This document shows positions 9,382-18,970 of a DNA stretch of 32,000 nt, piece after piece. A program made the translations under genes and the position numbers. Every line of letters starts with the position of its first letter. Position 1 is the first letter of the stretch. This DNA comes from an uncultured delta proteobacterium (GTDB taxonomy: Bacteria > Desulfobacterota > Desulfobaccia > Desulfobaccales > 0-14-0-80-60-11): NCBI GenBank assembly GCA_963841475.1, contig CAWJCT010000002.1:17177-49176 (forward strand). Reading direction: 5' to 3'. Under the pieces are notes generated by a model, which was not told the origin of the DNA, ran no database searches, and saw nothing but the letters and a program-made list of their open reading frames with translations.

Positions 9382-10323
9382 TTATGCACAAGTCCCGGCC
9401 TCCCGGAAGGCCGCCACGGTCTGGGCCAGGCCCTGGGCCAGGCTCACCTGGGGCTGCCAGCCCAGCTCCCTCTGGGCCAGGGTGCTGTCCAGGGCGCTGC
9501 GGCGCTGTTCTCCGGGCTTGGCCGGGCCGTGCGCCGGCCCCAGAGGAGAGTCCATGAGTTCCTGGAGCTGCAGATAAACCGTAAGGATATCCGTCTCCCG
9601 GCCGGTGCCGATGTTGAACGCCCCGGGCCGGGGATAATTGAGGGCCAGGAGATTGGCGGCCACGATATCCCCCACAAAGACGAAATCCCGGGTTTGCAAA
9701 CCGTCGCCGTTGATCAGGGGCTGCTGCCCGGCCAGGAATTTTTCGATGAAGATGGCCACTACCCCGGCTTCTCCCTGGCCGTTCTGGCGGGGCCCGTAAA
9801 CATTAGCGTAGCGCAGGACGGTGGGGATAATGCCGTGTTCCCGGTGATAAAAATGCAAGTAGTGCTCCACCGACAGCTTGGCGATGCCGTAGGGAGCCTC
9901 GGGCCGGGGCCGATCTTCTTCCCGGGCCGGCAGGGGGGCGTCATCTCCGTAAATGGCCCCGCCGGTGGAGGCGAAAATGACCTTTTCCAGCTTGGCTTCG
10001 GCCGCGGCCTGGAAGAGATTGAGGGACCCCAGGATATTTTCCCGGGCGTCGAAGATGGGATCGCTCACCGAGACCTGGACGCTCATCTGGGCGGCATGGT
10101 GCACGAGCACCTGGGGCCGCCAGCCCCGGATGAGATCAACGGTCTCCGGCGACTTGATATCATAAGGGTAGAACTGCGCCCCGGCCGGGACGTATTCCTG
10201 TTTGCCCATGCTCAAGTTATCCACCACCGCCACCTCGTGGCCGATGGCCACCAACTGGCCGGCCACATGGGAGCCGATGAAGCCGGCGCCGCCGGTAACC
10301 AGGATCCGTTTGGGCTTGCTCAC
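9382..10323 (-). CDS. NAD-dependent epimerase/dehydratase (extended SDR, UDP-glucose 4-epimerase-like)
   Basis: 313 aa, intact. N-terminal Rossmann motif ILVTGGAGFIGSH, catalytic YGIAK (YxxxK), and the typical LRYANVYGPRQ block. Confidence 0.85.
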   Translation of the reverse strand: MSKPKRILVTGGAGFIGSHVAGQLVAIGHEVAVVDNLSMGKQEYVPAGAQFYPYDIKSPETVDLIRGWRPQVLVHHAAQMSVQVSVSDPIFDARENILGSLNLFQAAAEAKLEKVIFASTGGAIYGDDAPLPAREEDRPRPEAPYGIAKLSVEHYLHFYHREHGIIPTVLRYANVYGPRQNGQGEAGVVAIFIEKFLAGQQPLINGDGLQTRDFVFVGDIVAANLLALNYPRPGAFNIGTGRETDILTVYLQLQELMDSPLGPAHGPAKPGEQRRSALDSTLAQRELGWQPQVSLAQGLAQTVAAFREAGTCA

Positions 10324-10538
10324 GAGTTCCCTCCCCTTAGCCTAAATTGTAATATTAACTGATTTAGCTTCTCTGATGCAATTGTTTCCCAGCAACCCGG
10401 GCCGAGGAAAGGTTATTATAAAAAATTAGGTGAATTTTCCCCAAGTCCCTGATAGTATCGGGCTTAATGTTTTTCTCTTGTTGAGAAGAAGGTTCAGAGC
10501 GTAGGTCAACCGTAATTTCCGTATCAAAGGAGGGGGAT

Positions 10539-12000
10539 ATGGTTCTTTGGGCCCGTTTGGGGGGACTGCTGGCCCTGGTCCTCTTGCTGGTGCCATTGGC
10601 GGCCAGCGGCGCTGAAACTCCGGAGTTCACCCTGAAACAACTCACCGCCATGGCCTTGAATTACAGCCCCGAGGTCAAGGCCACCAAGAGCGATGTAACC
10701 CTGGCGCAGGAACAAAAAAATGAGGCCCACGGCTACCGCTTCCCACAATTCGATGCGGTGGCCCTCGGGCGGAGTGGTCTCCAATGCCCAGCGGGGGGAG
10801 GTGCGCCAGGTCGGCAAAAATAAAACCCTCTTCTATCCTGATCCCGCCGGCAGCATCCATGGCGTGAACGTGTTCGGCAACCTGTCGTTCACCCTCATTC
10901 AGCCTCTTTACACCTTCGGCAAAATCGCCTACCGGGAAAGAGCCGCGGCCAAGAACATCGAGGTCCAAACAGCCGGGGTGGACCTCAAGAAGGGCGAGGT
11001 CATGGTCCAGGTGGCCCAGGCGTATTACGGCCTGATCCTGGCCACTCAGGGCAAGGATGCGGTGGCCGACGCCCGCACCTACCTGCGGGATGCCCGGGAA
11101 CGGATTACCCGCCTCCTGCAGATCAACTCGCCCAACGTCAAGGAGAGCGACAAATACCGCCTGGCCATGTATGAAGGCGGGGTGGAAAAATTTGCAGCCC
11201 AGGCGGAAGAAGGCGCCAAGGTCGCCTACCTGGCCCTGAAAGCCCTGGTGGGCTATGGCCCCAGCCAGGATTTCCGGGTGCCCCAAGAACTGCCGGTGCC
11301 CACCGCCCCGGGTGGCCTGGACCAATACATCCGGCTGGCCCTGGAACTGCGGCCCGAATTCACCCAACTCAAGAGCGGCCTGGTGGCCCGGCAATTGCTG
11401 GTGGACGCGGCCAAGGCCGACCGCTATCCGTCTTTCTTCTTTGCGGTACTGGGTCAGGTGGCCGGCGCCCCGGGCCGGGAACACAACCCCGACCCCTACG
11501 CCAATGACTTTTTTAACGGCTTGGGCGCCATGCCGGCGGTGGGGGCCCAATGGCACTTTGATTTCGGCATCCTGAAATCGAAAATCGGCCAGGCCCGGGC
11601 GGAACTGGATAAACTGCGCTACACCGAAAAACAGGCCCTCATGGGTATCCCGGTGGAGGTAGCCAGGGATTACGGCAAAGTCCAGGAGAATTACAAGGGT
11701 TCTTTGGGCTTGGAGAAGTCCTATGTCAATGCCCGGCGCTGGCTGGTCACCGCGTTCAGCAACTTCGACATGGGGCTGGGGAAAATGGAAGATATCTTCC
11801 AGGCCTTCGAGCGTTTCGGTTCTTTCCGGGGCGATTACCTCATGGCCCTCTATGATTACAACCTGGCGGTGGCCCAGTTAGACAAGTCATCCGGGGCGTT
11901 CCGCCGGAATCTGCCGCCGGACGGCAAACCCGAGAAAGACATCACCCCGGGCCGGGCCGTTCAGCCTGTGAGTGCTCCGGCCCCCGGCAAGACCAAATAG
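10539..12000 (+). CDS. TolC-family outer membrane efflux protein; one frame break as sequenced
   Basis: AGGAGGGGG SD and signal peptide MVLWARLGGLLALVLLLVPLAASGA. The N-terminal block FTLKQLTAMALNYSPEVKATKSDVTLAQEQKNEA is typical of OEP/TolC proteins. A shift near ~10768-10775 joins it to ...GGVVSNAQRGEV... and ~400 further aa with the repeated helix/strand halves (LIQPLYTFGKI...; YDYNLAVAQLDKSSG). Confidence 0.75.
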
Positions 12001-12031
12001 GCCTGCCGCCGTTACCGCCACGAAACCATCA

Positions 12032-12061
12032 GGGCAGGCCCCCGGGCCTGCCCTTTTTTAT
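12032..12061 (+). terminator. rho-independent terminator of the TolC-family gene
   Basis: Perfect 9-bp GC-rich stem GGGCAGGCC (12032-12040) / GGCCTGCCC (12045-12053), 4-nt loop, then TTTTTTAT. Confidence 0.85.
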
Positions 12062-12137
12062 CAAGAACCACTGAAGGTCGCTCAGGGGAGGCGGGACCCC
12101 CCGGCGCGGTTTCCGGCCTGGAGGGTTCCTGGCTGCC

Positions 12138-12452
12138 TCAGAGCCATTTAAGGCTCTCCAGGGCTTTTTCGTATTCTGTCAAAGCCTTTTGCCAGTAAAG
12201 CAAGTCTTGATGTTCTTGTTTCCAGTGCTCTATGGGATGCTGTCCGGACAGGCATCCCTCCTCCAGGGCTTGGAGATATGCTTCCGTCGCCATTCCGCCT
12301 TGCTTCTCCCGCCGTTCGAGCGAATCTTTCCACCGCCTTACCATTTTCCGGCAAAAGGCGATTTTCCTCCCCCTAAATATCTCGTATTCATCCGTATGCC
12401 TTGCCCAACCCTCTGTTCCGATAGAGATTGAAGCTAAATCCGGGTCTGACAT
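12138..12452 (-). CDS. hypothetical protein (104 aa), orphan
   Basis: ATG 12452 is preceded by GGAGG with a 6-nt spacer. Product MSDPDLASISIGTEGWARHTDEYEIFRGRKIAFCRKMVRRWKDSLERREKQGG...LLYWQKALTEYEKALESLKWL is charged and helical. No motif recognised. It sits in a visibly AT-richer stretch. The ORF track extends it to 12572. Confidence 0.4.
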   Translation of the reverse strand: MSDPDLASISIGTEGWARHTDEYEIFRGRKIAFCRKMVRRWKDSLERREKQGGMATEAYLQALEEGCLSGQHPIEHWKQEHQDLLYWQKALTEYEKALESLKWL

Positions 12453-12748
12453 TACCAGCCTCCAGAGGCAATGCCGATGATCGGGCCAAATGACCCTGCC
12501 CGAGACCGTAAACGATGGGCGTTGACGGGCCGCCAGGCACAACGCCCGTATATTGCCCCTGTCCCCGGTCAAGAGTTTTCGGCGGCGTTCCAGGAACGTG
12601 ACCCGGAAAAGGAACGTGCCTCCTGGAACAGAGGCGCTCAGGTATTGTGGCTTGATTAACGTGAACCCAATTGCTGAAGGCGGCAGGCGCTTCGCTTTCC
12701 CGCCCCAGGGCCGCTTGATTCATACCCCGGAACTGCTGAGCCGCAACC

Positions 12749-13573
12749 CTAACCGAACAGGAACAAGCGGACGTAGACTACCAGGGGGGCGGCAAAGAGG
12801 AGGCTGTCCAGGCGGTCCAGCATGCCGCCGTGGCCCGGGAGGAGCTCCGAGGCGTCCTTAACCTGGGCCTGGCGCTTGAGCATGGATTCGAACAGGTCCC
12901 CCAGCAGCCCCACCACGGCCAGGAGCAAGGCCAGGAGGCCAAGGCGCTTCATACTCATGCCGGGCAGGGCCCAGCGGCCCAGGGCGAGGCCGACGATCAA
13001 GGCGGCAGCCAAGGCCCCCCACCACTCCGGCCCAGGTCTTCCCCGGGCTCACCGCGGGATAGAGCTTGGTCTTGCCCCAGGTCCGGCCGGCGTAGAAGGC
13101 CCCGGTATCCCCGGCCATAATCACCAGCAGGAGCCAGAGGACCCACCACTGGCCGTCGCTCAGGTAGCGCAGCCAGACAAAGTGCCCCAGGAGCAAGGGG
13201 ATATAAAGGAGGCACAGGATATTGACCATCAAAGCCTGGCTCAGGTCGGCAATGTGGCTATAGGCAATGAGATAGAAGAGGAAGAGGAGAAAGAGAATCC
13301 CCACCAAGACGAAAAGGACATAGGTAGGGTTGCACAGGGTGGCGGCTCGCTGGGCGGTGCAAAAACTCAGGAGGAGTACCGATCCCAGGATAATGGTTTT
13401 CAGGCGGCGGAAGGTGTCGGCATCGGGGCTGGAACATGCCCAAAAACTCCCACTGAGCCAGCCCGCTTACCACCAGGAGCAGCAGGATGAACAAAACGTG
13501 CCCGCCCCTAAACAAGCACCGCCAACAGCAGCGGCAGGAGGATCAGGGCGGTCAGCCAGCGGCGTGCGTGCAA
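12749..13573 (-). CDS. cdsA: phosphatidate cytidylyltransferase (CDP-diglyceride synthase); about three frame breaks as sequenced
   Basis: The C-terminal signature GDLFESMLKRQAQVKDASELLPGHGGMLDRLDS is diagnostic. Upstream fragments are AGDTGAFYAGRTWGKTKLYPAVSPGKTWAGVVGG, hydrophobic TM segments, and a putative TTG start 13573 (MHARRWLTALILLPLLLAVL) after GGAGGTG. Shifts lie near ~13020, ~13430 and ~13508. Confidence 0.85.
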
Positions 13574-13633
13574 TGGTCACCTCCCCGGGTCAGTGAGCGA
13601 AGCAACTTGAGAGTTCAGCGTCAAGCCGTCTTG

Positions 13634-13704
13634 CCATCCTGAGTGGAGCGAAGGATCTTCTCTTTACGAGATTCTTCGCCCGCTCCGCTGCCTCAGCATG
13701 ACAG
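13634..13704. repeat. imperfect palindromic intergenic repeat, degenerate copy (same family as 18512-18592)
   Basis: Sequence CATCCTGAGTGGAGCGAAGGATCT...GAGATTCTTCGCCCGCTCCGCTGCCTCAGCATGACA. It shares the blocks CAT(C/T)CTGA, GGAGCG, AGGA(A)TCT, GAGATTCT, CGCTCCGC and TCAG(C/A)ATGACA, in the same order, with the copy at 18512-18592. Confidence 0.6.
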
Positions 13705-13773
13705 GTCAGGAGACTTCAGCACTAATCTCGACTCAATGTAACCGAAACCCAAAACCTCTAACCGAGAAGCCCA

Positions 13774-14562
13774 TTAATTCTGCTCCTGGCCTTGGGGCCG
13801 GGCTCGCCAGGTCCAGAAGAGCAGCAGGCCGCCGCAGACCAGGAAAAGCACCAAGGCGATAAGCTGGGTCATGGGCATCCAGCCGAAAAAGACGTGGCCG
13901 CGGTAATCCAGGGGGCTCCGGAAAAACTCCACCACGAAGCGCACCAGGCCCGCCAGGCAAAAGTACATGAGAATCAATTGGCCGTCGAAGCGTTTGCGGG
14001 TCCTGAACCAATAAAGCAACCCGAAGACTCCCAGGGCCAGGAAGGCCTCATAGAGCTGGGCTGGATGCAGGGGCACCCGCAGGGGACAGAGGGTATCGGG
14101 GTTGTTGAAGACCACGGACCAGGGCAGGTCGGAAGGGGAGCCCCAGCAACATCCGGCCATAAAGCAGCCGAGGCGCCCGAAAAATTGCCCCACGGGCGTC
14201 CCCAGGCCCAGGGCGTCCAGGGTGGCGCGCCAGGGCAGGCCGTGGCGGCGGATGTAGTAGGTAGCCACCAGGAAGGCCAGGATGGCCCCGCCTTGAAAGA
14301 CCAGGCCCCCTTCCCACAGGGCGAAGATTTTCAGGGGATGGGCCAGGAAGGTGCGCAGCTCCAGCAAAACGTAGAGCAGACGAGAGCCCACCAGGGCCGC
14401 CAGGATGATATAGAAACAGAGGTCGTAAAATTTATCTGGCGGTATTCCCAGGCGCCGGGCTTCCCGGCCGGCTACGAAGATGGCGCTCAAAAAGCCCAGG
14501 GCCAGGAGGAAGCCATAGGTAAAAATCTTGATCGGCCCGATTTCAAACAGGATTGGATGCAT
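13774..14562 (-). CDS. lgt: prolipoprotein diacylglyceryl transferase
   Basis: 262 aa, intact. N-terminus MHPILFEIGPIKIFTYGFLLALGFL is typical, the GRLGCFMAGCCWG motif region is present, and the protein is multi-TM. Its start overlaps the lspA 3' end by 20 nt. Confidence 0.9.
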   Translation of the reverse strand: MHPILFEIGPIKIFTYGFLLALGFLSAIFVAGREARRLGIPPDKFYDLCFYIILAALVGSRLLYVLLELRTFLAHPLKIFALWEGGLVFQGGAILAFLVATYYIRRHGLPWRATLDALGLGTPVGQFFGRLGCFMAGCCWGSPSDLPWSVVFNNPDTLCPLRVPLHPAQLYEAFLALGVFGLLYWFRTRKRFDGQLILMYFCLAGLVRFVVEFFRSPLDYRGHVFFGWMPMTQLIALVLFLVCGGLLLFWTWRARPQGQEQN

Positions 14563-15044
14563 CAGCGGTTTTCTCGTCTCGGATAATAACCCATACCATC
14601 ACTGCCGCCCCCACGCACACCAGGCTGTCGGCCACGTTGAAAGCCGGCCAGTGGTAGCGTCCCCAGTACACGTCAATAAAATCCACCACTTCTCCCAGGC
14701 GGACCCGGTCAATCAGGTTGCCCAGGGCCCCGGTCAGGATCAGGCTGTAACCCAGGGCCGCGGGCCACTGGTCATCGGGCAGCCGCCACAACAGGTAGCC
14801 CAGGACCACCAGCACCAACCCGATAGCCACCACAAAAAACAGCCAGGCGAAATTCGGCGACCAACCCGACAGCAGCCCGAAAGCCGCGCCCTTGTTGTGG
14901 ACATGCACCAGGTTGAGCAGCCCCGGGATGAGAGGCACCTGGCTTCCCAGGGGCAGCTTGAGCTGCACCAGCACCTTGGTCAGCCTGGTCCAGGGGCAGT
15001 CCCATCACCAGGATCACCAGAAAGATCATTAACTTGCGGGGCAC
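14543..15044 (-). CDS. lspA: lipoprotein signal peptidase (signal peptidase II); one frame break as sequenced
   Basis: GTG 15044 (MPRKLMIFLVILVMGLPLDQ) lies 3 nt after the ileS stop. After a shift near ~14980 the protein continues LVQLKLPLGSQVPLIPGLLNLVHVHNKGAAFGLL...GALGNLIDRVRLGEVVDFIDVY...WPAFNVADS, which are conserved LspA blocks. Confidence 0.88.
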
Positions 15045-15047
15045 GGC

Positions 15048-17841
15048 TTATTCCTCCAGGACCTGGCGGCAGCGGGCGCACACCTGGGGATGGTTGGGAT
15101 CTTCCCCAACCGAGGGAAAGCTGAACCAGCAACGGACGCATTTTTCGCCGGTCGCTTTACTCACCAGCACCACTAAGCCAGGAATCTCGGTCGGAGACCA
15201 TGCCTGCCCCCGAGAGAGATTCGATGGGTTCGACAGTGAATTCGGCCACTTGAGCCAGGGTTTGAAGCTCCGCGTTCTGAGCCTTCAGTTTATCGTACAG
15301 TTCACCCCCTGCCCCCAAAATTACCACGGCCTCCTGGGCCGTGGCAATGACGCTTCTCCTTCCGGGCCTCTTCCAGCCCTCGGTTGATTTCACCCCGCAC
15401 CTTGAGCAGGAAGTCGTACTTGGCCAGCAAGGCCTCGTCGGGAAACCCCGGGGGCGGCTCGGGAAGAGCCGCCCAGGTGGACGCTCTCGGGGCGGCCCGT
15501 GCCAGGAAGGTACTCCCAGATCTCATCGGCGGTAAAAGAGAGGATGGGGGCCATGGCCAGGGTCAGGCCCTGGAGCAGGTCATATAACGTGCTCTGGGCG
15601 CTGCGGCGTTCCCGGGAATCGGCTTTGGAGACGTAGAGGCGGTCTTTCAGGATGTCCAGGTAGATGGAGCTCAGTCTCCACGGCGCAAAACTGGTGCAGG
15701 CGGTGGAAGGCCTGGTGGAATTCGTAATCCTCGTAGGCCCGTTTGACCCGGGCCAGCAACTGGGCCAGCCAGGACAGGGCCAGGCGGTCCAGTTCCTCCC
15801 GCGGCGCCCGGCGTCAGCCAGTGGCTCCCGGGGTCGAAGTCGTAGAGGTTGCCCAGCATGAAGCGGGCGGTGTTGCGGAAGCGCCGGTAGGCGTCGGCCA
15901 GCTGCTTCAGGATGTCCGGAGACAGCCGCACGTCGTCCCGGTAGTCCTCCGCCGCCACCCAGAGCCTGCAGGATCTCGGCGCCGTACTTGTCCATGACTT
16001 CCTGGGGGGCGATGACGTTGCCCAGGGACTTGGACATCTTGCGGCCGTCGCCGTCCACCACGAAGCCGTGGGTCAGCACCCCCTTATAGGGGGCGTGGCC
16101 CCGGGTGCCCACGCAGGTCAGGAGGCTCGAATGAAACCAGCCCCGGTGCTGGTCCGAGCCCTCCAGGTAGAGGTCGGCGGGCAGGGCCAGGGTCCGGGTC
16201 GGGTTCCACCACCGCGGCCCAACTCACCCCGGAATCGAACCAGACGTCCAGGATGTCGGTCTCTTTTTTGAAGTCGGAGGCCGCCGCAGGCGCATACGGT
16301 CCCCGGCGGGCAGCAGGTCGGCGGCCGGGGTGTCGAACCAGAAATCCGCCCCCTCGGTGCGCACCCGCTGGATGATCCCCTGGAGAATTTCCGGGGTGAG
16401 GAGCACCGCGGCCGCACTCCCGGCAGTGAAAGGCCACGATGGGCACGCCCCAGGCCCGCTGCCGGGAGATGCACCAGTCCGGGCGCCGCTCCACCATCTG
16501 GTAGATGCGCTCCCGGCCCCAGCGGGGAATCCAGGTGACCCGGTCGATGGCCGCCAGGGCCTTGCTCCTGAGATCGTTGGCCTCCATGGAGATGAACCAC
16601 TGCTCCGTGGCCCTGAAGATGATGGGCTGCTTGCAGCGCCAGCAGTGGGGGTAGCTGTGGGTCAGGTCCGCGGCCGCCAGGAGTTTGCGGCGCTCTTTGA
16701 GGAGTTCGATAATGCCGGCGTTGGCCTCCCAGACTTTTTGACCGGCAAACTCCGGCACTTCCTGGGTAAACTTGCCGCCGTCGTCCACCGGCGAGTAGGG
16801 CGGAAGATTATACCGGCGGCCGCTGTCATAGTCCTCCTGGCCGTGCCCCGGAGCGATGTGCACCAGGCCGGTGCCCGCCTCCAGGGTGACGTAGTTCGCC
16901 AGGATGACCTGGGAGTCCCGGTCCAGCCAGGGGTGCCGGCAAATGGCGCCTTCCAGGGCACGTCCCTTGACCCGGAAGATCTCTTGGCCCTCAAGCCCCC
17001 AGGAGTTCAGCAGTCCCTCGGCCAGGTCCGCGGCCACCACCAGGACTTCATTGCCGGTATCCACCGCGGCGTATTCCAGGTCCGGGTGCACCGCGATGGC
17101 CAGGTTCGCCGGCAAGGTCCAGGGGGTGGTGGTCCAGATGACCAGGGAGACATTTTCGTGAGCGCCCAACTGCGGCAGATTTTCAGGGGCCTTACCCAGA
17201 GAAAATTTCACGAAAATCGTCGGGGTGCGCTGATTCTCGTATTCCACCTCGGCTTCGGCCAGGGCGGTGCGGCAGGTGGCGCACCAGTGGATGGGCTTTT
17301 TGCTCCGGTGAATGGCGCCGCTGAAGTAAAACTGGCCGTATTCCTCCAGGATTTCCGCCACGTAAGCGGGCCGCATGGTGAGGTAGGGATGGTCCCAGTT
17401 CCCCAGCACCCCCAGGCGCTGGAATTCCCGGCGCTGGATGTCGACGAACTTTTCGGCATAGGCCCGGCAGCGCTGGCGAATCTCCACCTTGGACAGACTG
17501 CCGCCTTTGGCCTTGAGCTCCTTGCCTACCTGGTGCTCGATGGGCAGGCCGTGGCAATCCCAGCCCGGCACGTAGGGGCTGTCGTAGCCCGTCATCTGCC
17601 GGGACTTGACGATGATATCCTTGAGAATCTTGTTTAAGGCATGCCCCAGGTGAATGTGGCCGTTGGCATACGGGGGGCCGTCGTGGAGCACAAACTTGGG
17701 ACGCCCCTTACTTTGGGCCCTGATCAGGCCGTACAGGTCGAGGTCGGCCCAGCGTTCCAGAAACAACGGCTCCCGCCGGGGCAAATCGGCTTTCATGGGA
17801 AAATCGGTGCGGGGCAGGTTAAGGGTCTCTTTGTAATTCAT
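15048..17841 (-). CDS. ileS: isoleucine--tRNA ligase; about ten frame breaks, all in the 3' 1.25 kb
   Basis: ATG 17841 has GGAGG 7 nt upstream: [25 protein letters not shown] motif [57 protein letters not shown] ([10 protein letters not shown]), and a C-terminal Zn motif GEKCVRCW...[11 protein letters not shown] ending at TAA 15050..15048. The frame is clean from 17841 to ~16410. Shifts then occur near ~16405, ~16300, ~16280, ~16205, ~15968, ~15808, ~15670, ~15485, ~15355 and ~15190. Confidence 0.93.
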
Positions 17842-18021
17842 CCAGCAGCCTCCGGAAGACAATTTTATTATGGTATCACATCCTATCCCGGCAAGGAATC
17901 AATAAGACACGGGGGCCCCAGGCCCGAATCCGGGAGCGCCCACCGTCCGGAGCCCGGCAAAAGCAACGGCCGGCGCCCCGGCTACCTTGACCGGAGGCGA
18001 ACCTTTGGGATAAGATGAGGC

Positions 18022-18363
18022 ATGCGGCCAGGGCTCAAGGCATTTCTCCTTTCGGCGTTCGTCTTTCCCGGCTTGGGGCAACTCTACAACCAGGACCGGC
18101 GCAAGGGCGTCGCCCTGGTCCTGGGGACCAACCTCCTGCTGGGCGTGGTCCTGCTGGTGAGCTTGGTGCTTTTTTCCCAGGAATACCTGTCGGTCTTCTA
18201 CCCCCGCCCCCTGACCTGGGAACTGGTCAAACTCCTACTCCTGGATACCCTGTCGCACCCCCTGTTCTGGATTCCCTTCGGCCTGCTCATGGCCGCGTGG
18301 GGCTTCGCCATGGTGGACGCAGTCCGGGGCGCCGGGCAGTCAAAGCCGGCGGCGAACCAATAG
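18022..18363 (+). CDS. small integral membrane protein (113 aa, about 3 TM), unknown function
   Basis: MRPGLKAFLLSAFVFPGLGQLYNQDRRKGVALVLGTNLLLGVVLLVSLVLF...FWIPFGLLMAAWGFAMVDAV. The PG.GQ.YN motif recurs in small TM2/DUF5683-like membrane proteins (a recollection, not verified). The overlapping 168-aa ORF 18015..18521 is Arg/Pro/Gly-rich off-frame noise. Confidence 0.55.
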   Translation: MRPGLKAFLLSAFVFPGLGQLYNQDRRKGVALVLGTNLLLGVVLLVSLVLFSQEYLSVFYPRPLTWELVKLLLLDTLSHPLFWIPFGLLMAAWGFAMVDAVRGAGQSKPAANQ

Positions 18364-18511
18364 CTATCAGCAGTCGGCTTTCAGCCCAAAACCACGGATT
18401 TGCGGAGGCGATGCAACTACCGGGTGAGCGCCTGCCGCCATGGCTGGCTTCAAGACCCGGGGGTCATAGGCTTCTGATAAGAAGTTGCCGCAAAAAACTA
18501 TTACTATTCAG

Positions 18512-18592
18512 GTCATTCTGAACGGAGCGCCGCGGAGTGAGGAATCTCTGCGGCGACAAAACCGAGATTCTGCGCTCCGCTCAGAATGACAA
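18512..18592. repeat. palindromic intergenic repeat (long hairpin-forming element), well-preserved copy
   Basis: The outer arms are GTCATTCTGAACGGAGCGC (18512-18530) and GCGCTCCGCTCAGAATGAC (18572-18590), a 19-nt inverted repeat with 1 mismatch. The inner arms are GAATCTC (18542-18548) and GAGATTC (18564-18570). A second, degenerate copy lies at 13634-13704. Confidence 0.7.
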
Positions 18593-18637
18593 AAATAGTC
18601 TTTTGATTTGCCCATCGGTGGCATGAGGTAAGGAACC

Positions 18638-18970
18638 ATGAGACAATACCAGCTGGATGAAATCGCCCGGGGCGATCTCCCCCGGGTCCGGGAGTATCTT
18701 AACCAACACGCCGTGGCCTCAAGCCTCGATGGTATCTGGTGGGTGGATTTATCGGAGGATTTGCTGAGTCCGGAACAGTTCTCCCACTCGGACTGCCGGC
18801 CGTTCAGGTTCGCGGTGGAACTGGGCGATGACTTCGTGCGCTTCGAGTTCCTCATCCGGAGCCGGGAGACCATGCGCTGCGCCTGCATCGGCTACGCCAC
18901 CCGGCAGCAGCGGGACTTCATCCTGGCCTTCGCCGACCGCCTGGTGGAGGAATTGACGCTCAGGACGTGA
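18638..18970 (+). CDS. hypothetical protein (110 aa), soluble, Cys-containing
   Basis: GAGGTAAGG lies upstream of ATG 18638. Product: MRQYQLDEIARGDLPRVREYLNQHAVASSLDGIWWVDLSEDLL...CRPFRFAVELGDDFVRFEFLIRSRETMRCACIGYATRQQRDFILAFADRLVEEL. Codon usage looks coding-like. No motif recognised. Confidence 0.55.
   Translation: MRQYQLDEIARGDLPRVREYLNQHAVASSLDGIWWVDLSEDLLSPEQFSHSDCRPFRFAVELGDDFVRFEFLIRSRETMRCACIGYATRQQRDFILAFADRLVEELTLRT

Noticed and set aside
12453-12572. HUH-like motif PDHRHCLW suggesting an IS200/RAYT Y1 transposase gene
   Set aside because: The middle residue of the H-u-H is Arg, not hydrophobic. No catalytic Tyr region and no other transposase block could be found in any frame of 12.1-12.75 kb. 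At best this is a relic, so it is mentioned only as a low-interest note.
1533-17637. Long antisense or overlapping ORFs. Examples: 1533..2630(-), 5149..5964(+), 9346..10362(+), 10675..11556(-), 13792..14586(+), 16330..17637(+); also 21914..23011(+) further on
   Set aside because: They lie opposite or out of frame to genes with unmistakable conserved motifs. Their products are Gly/Arg/Pro/His-rich low-complexity strings, typical of shadow ORFs in GC-rich DNA, and they have no SD sequences.
3516-17841. Calling the frame-broken genes (surE, ABC genes, cdsA, lspA, ileS and others) true pseudogenes
   Set aside because: Sequence conservation is undiminished on both sides of every break, and several of these genes are normally indispensable. 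Breaks are simple +/-1 shifts without accompanying stops or deletions. Sequencing or assembly indels are the more economical explanation, though only read-level data can settle it.
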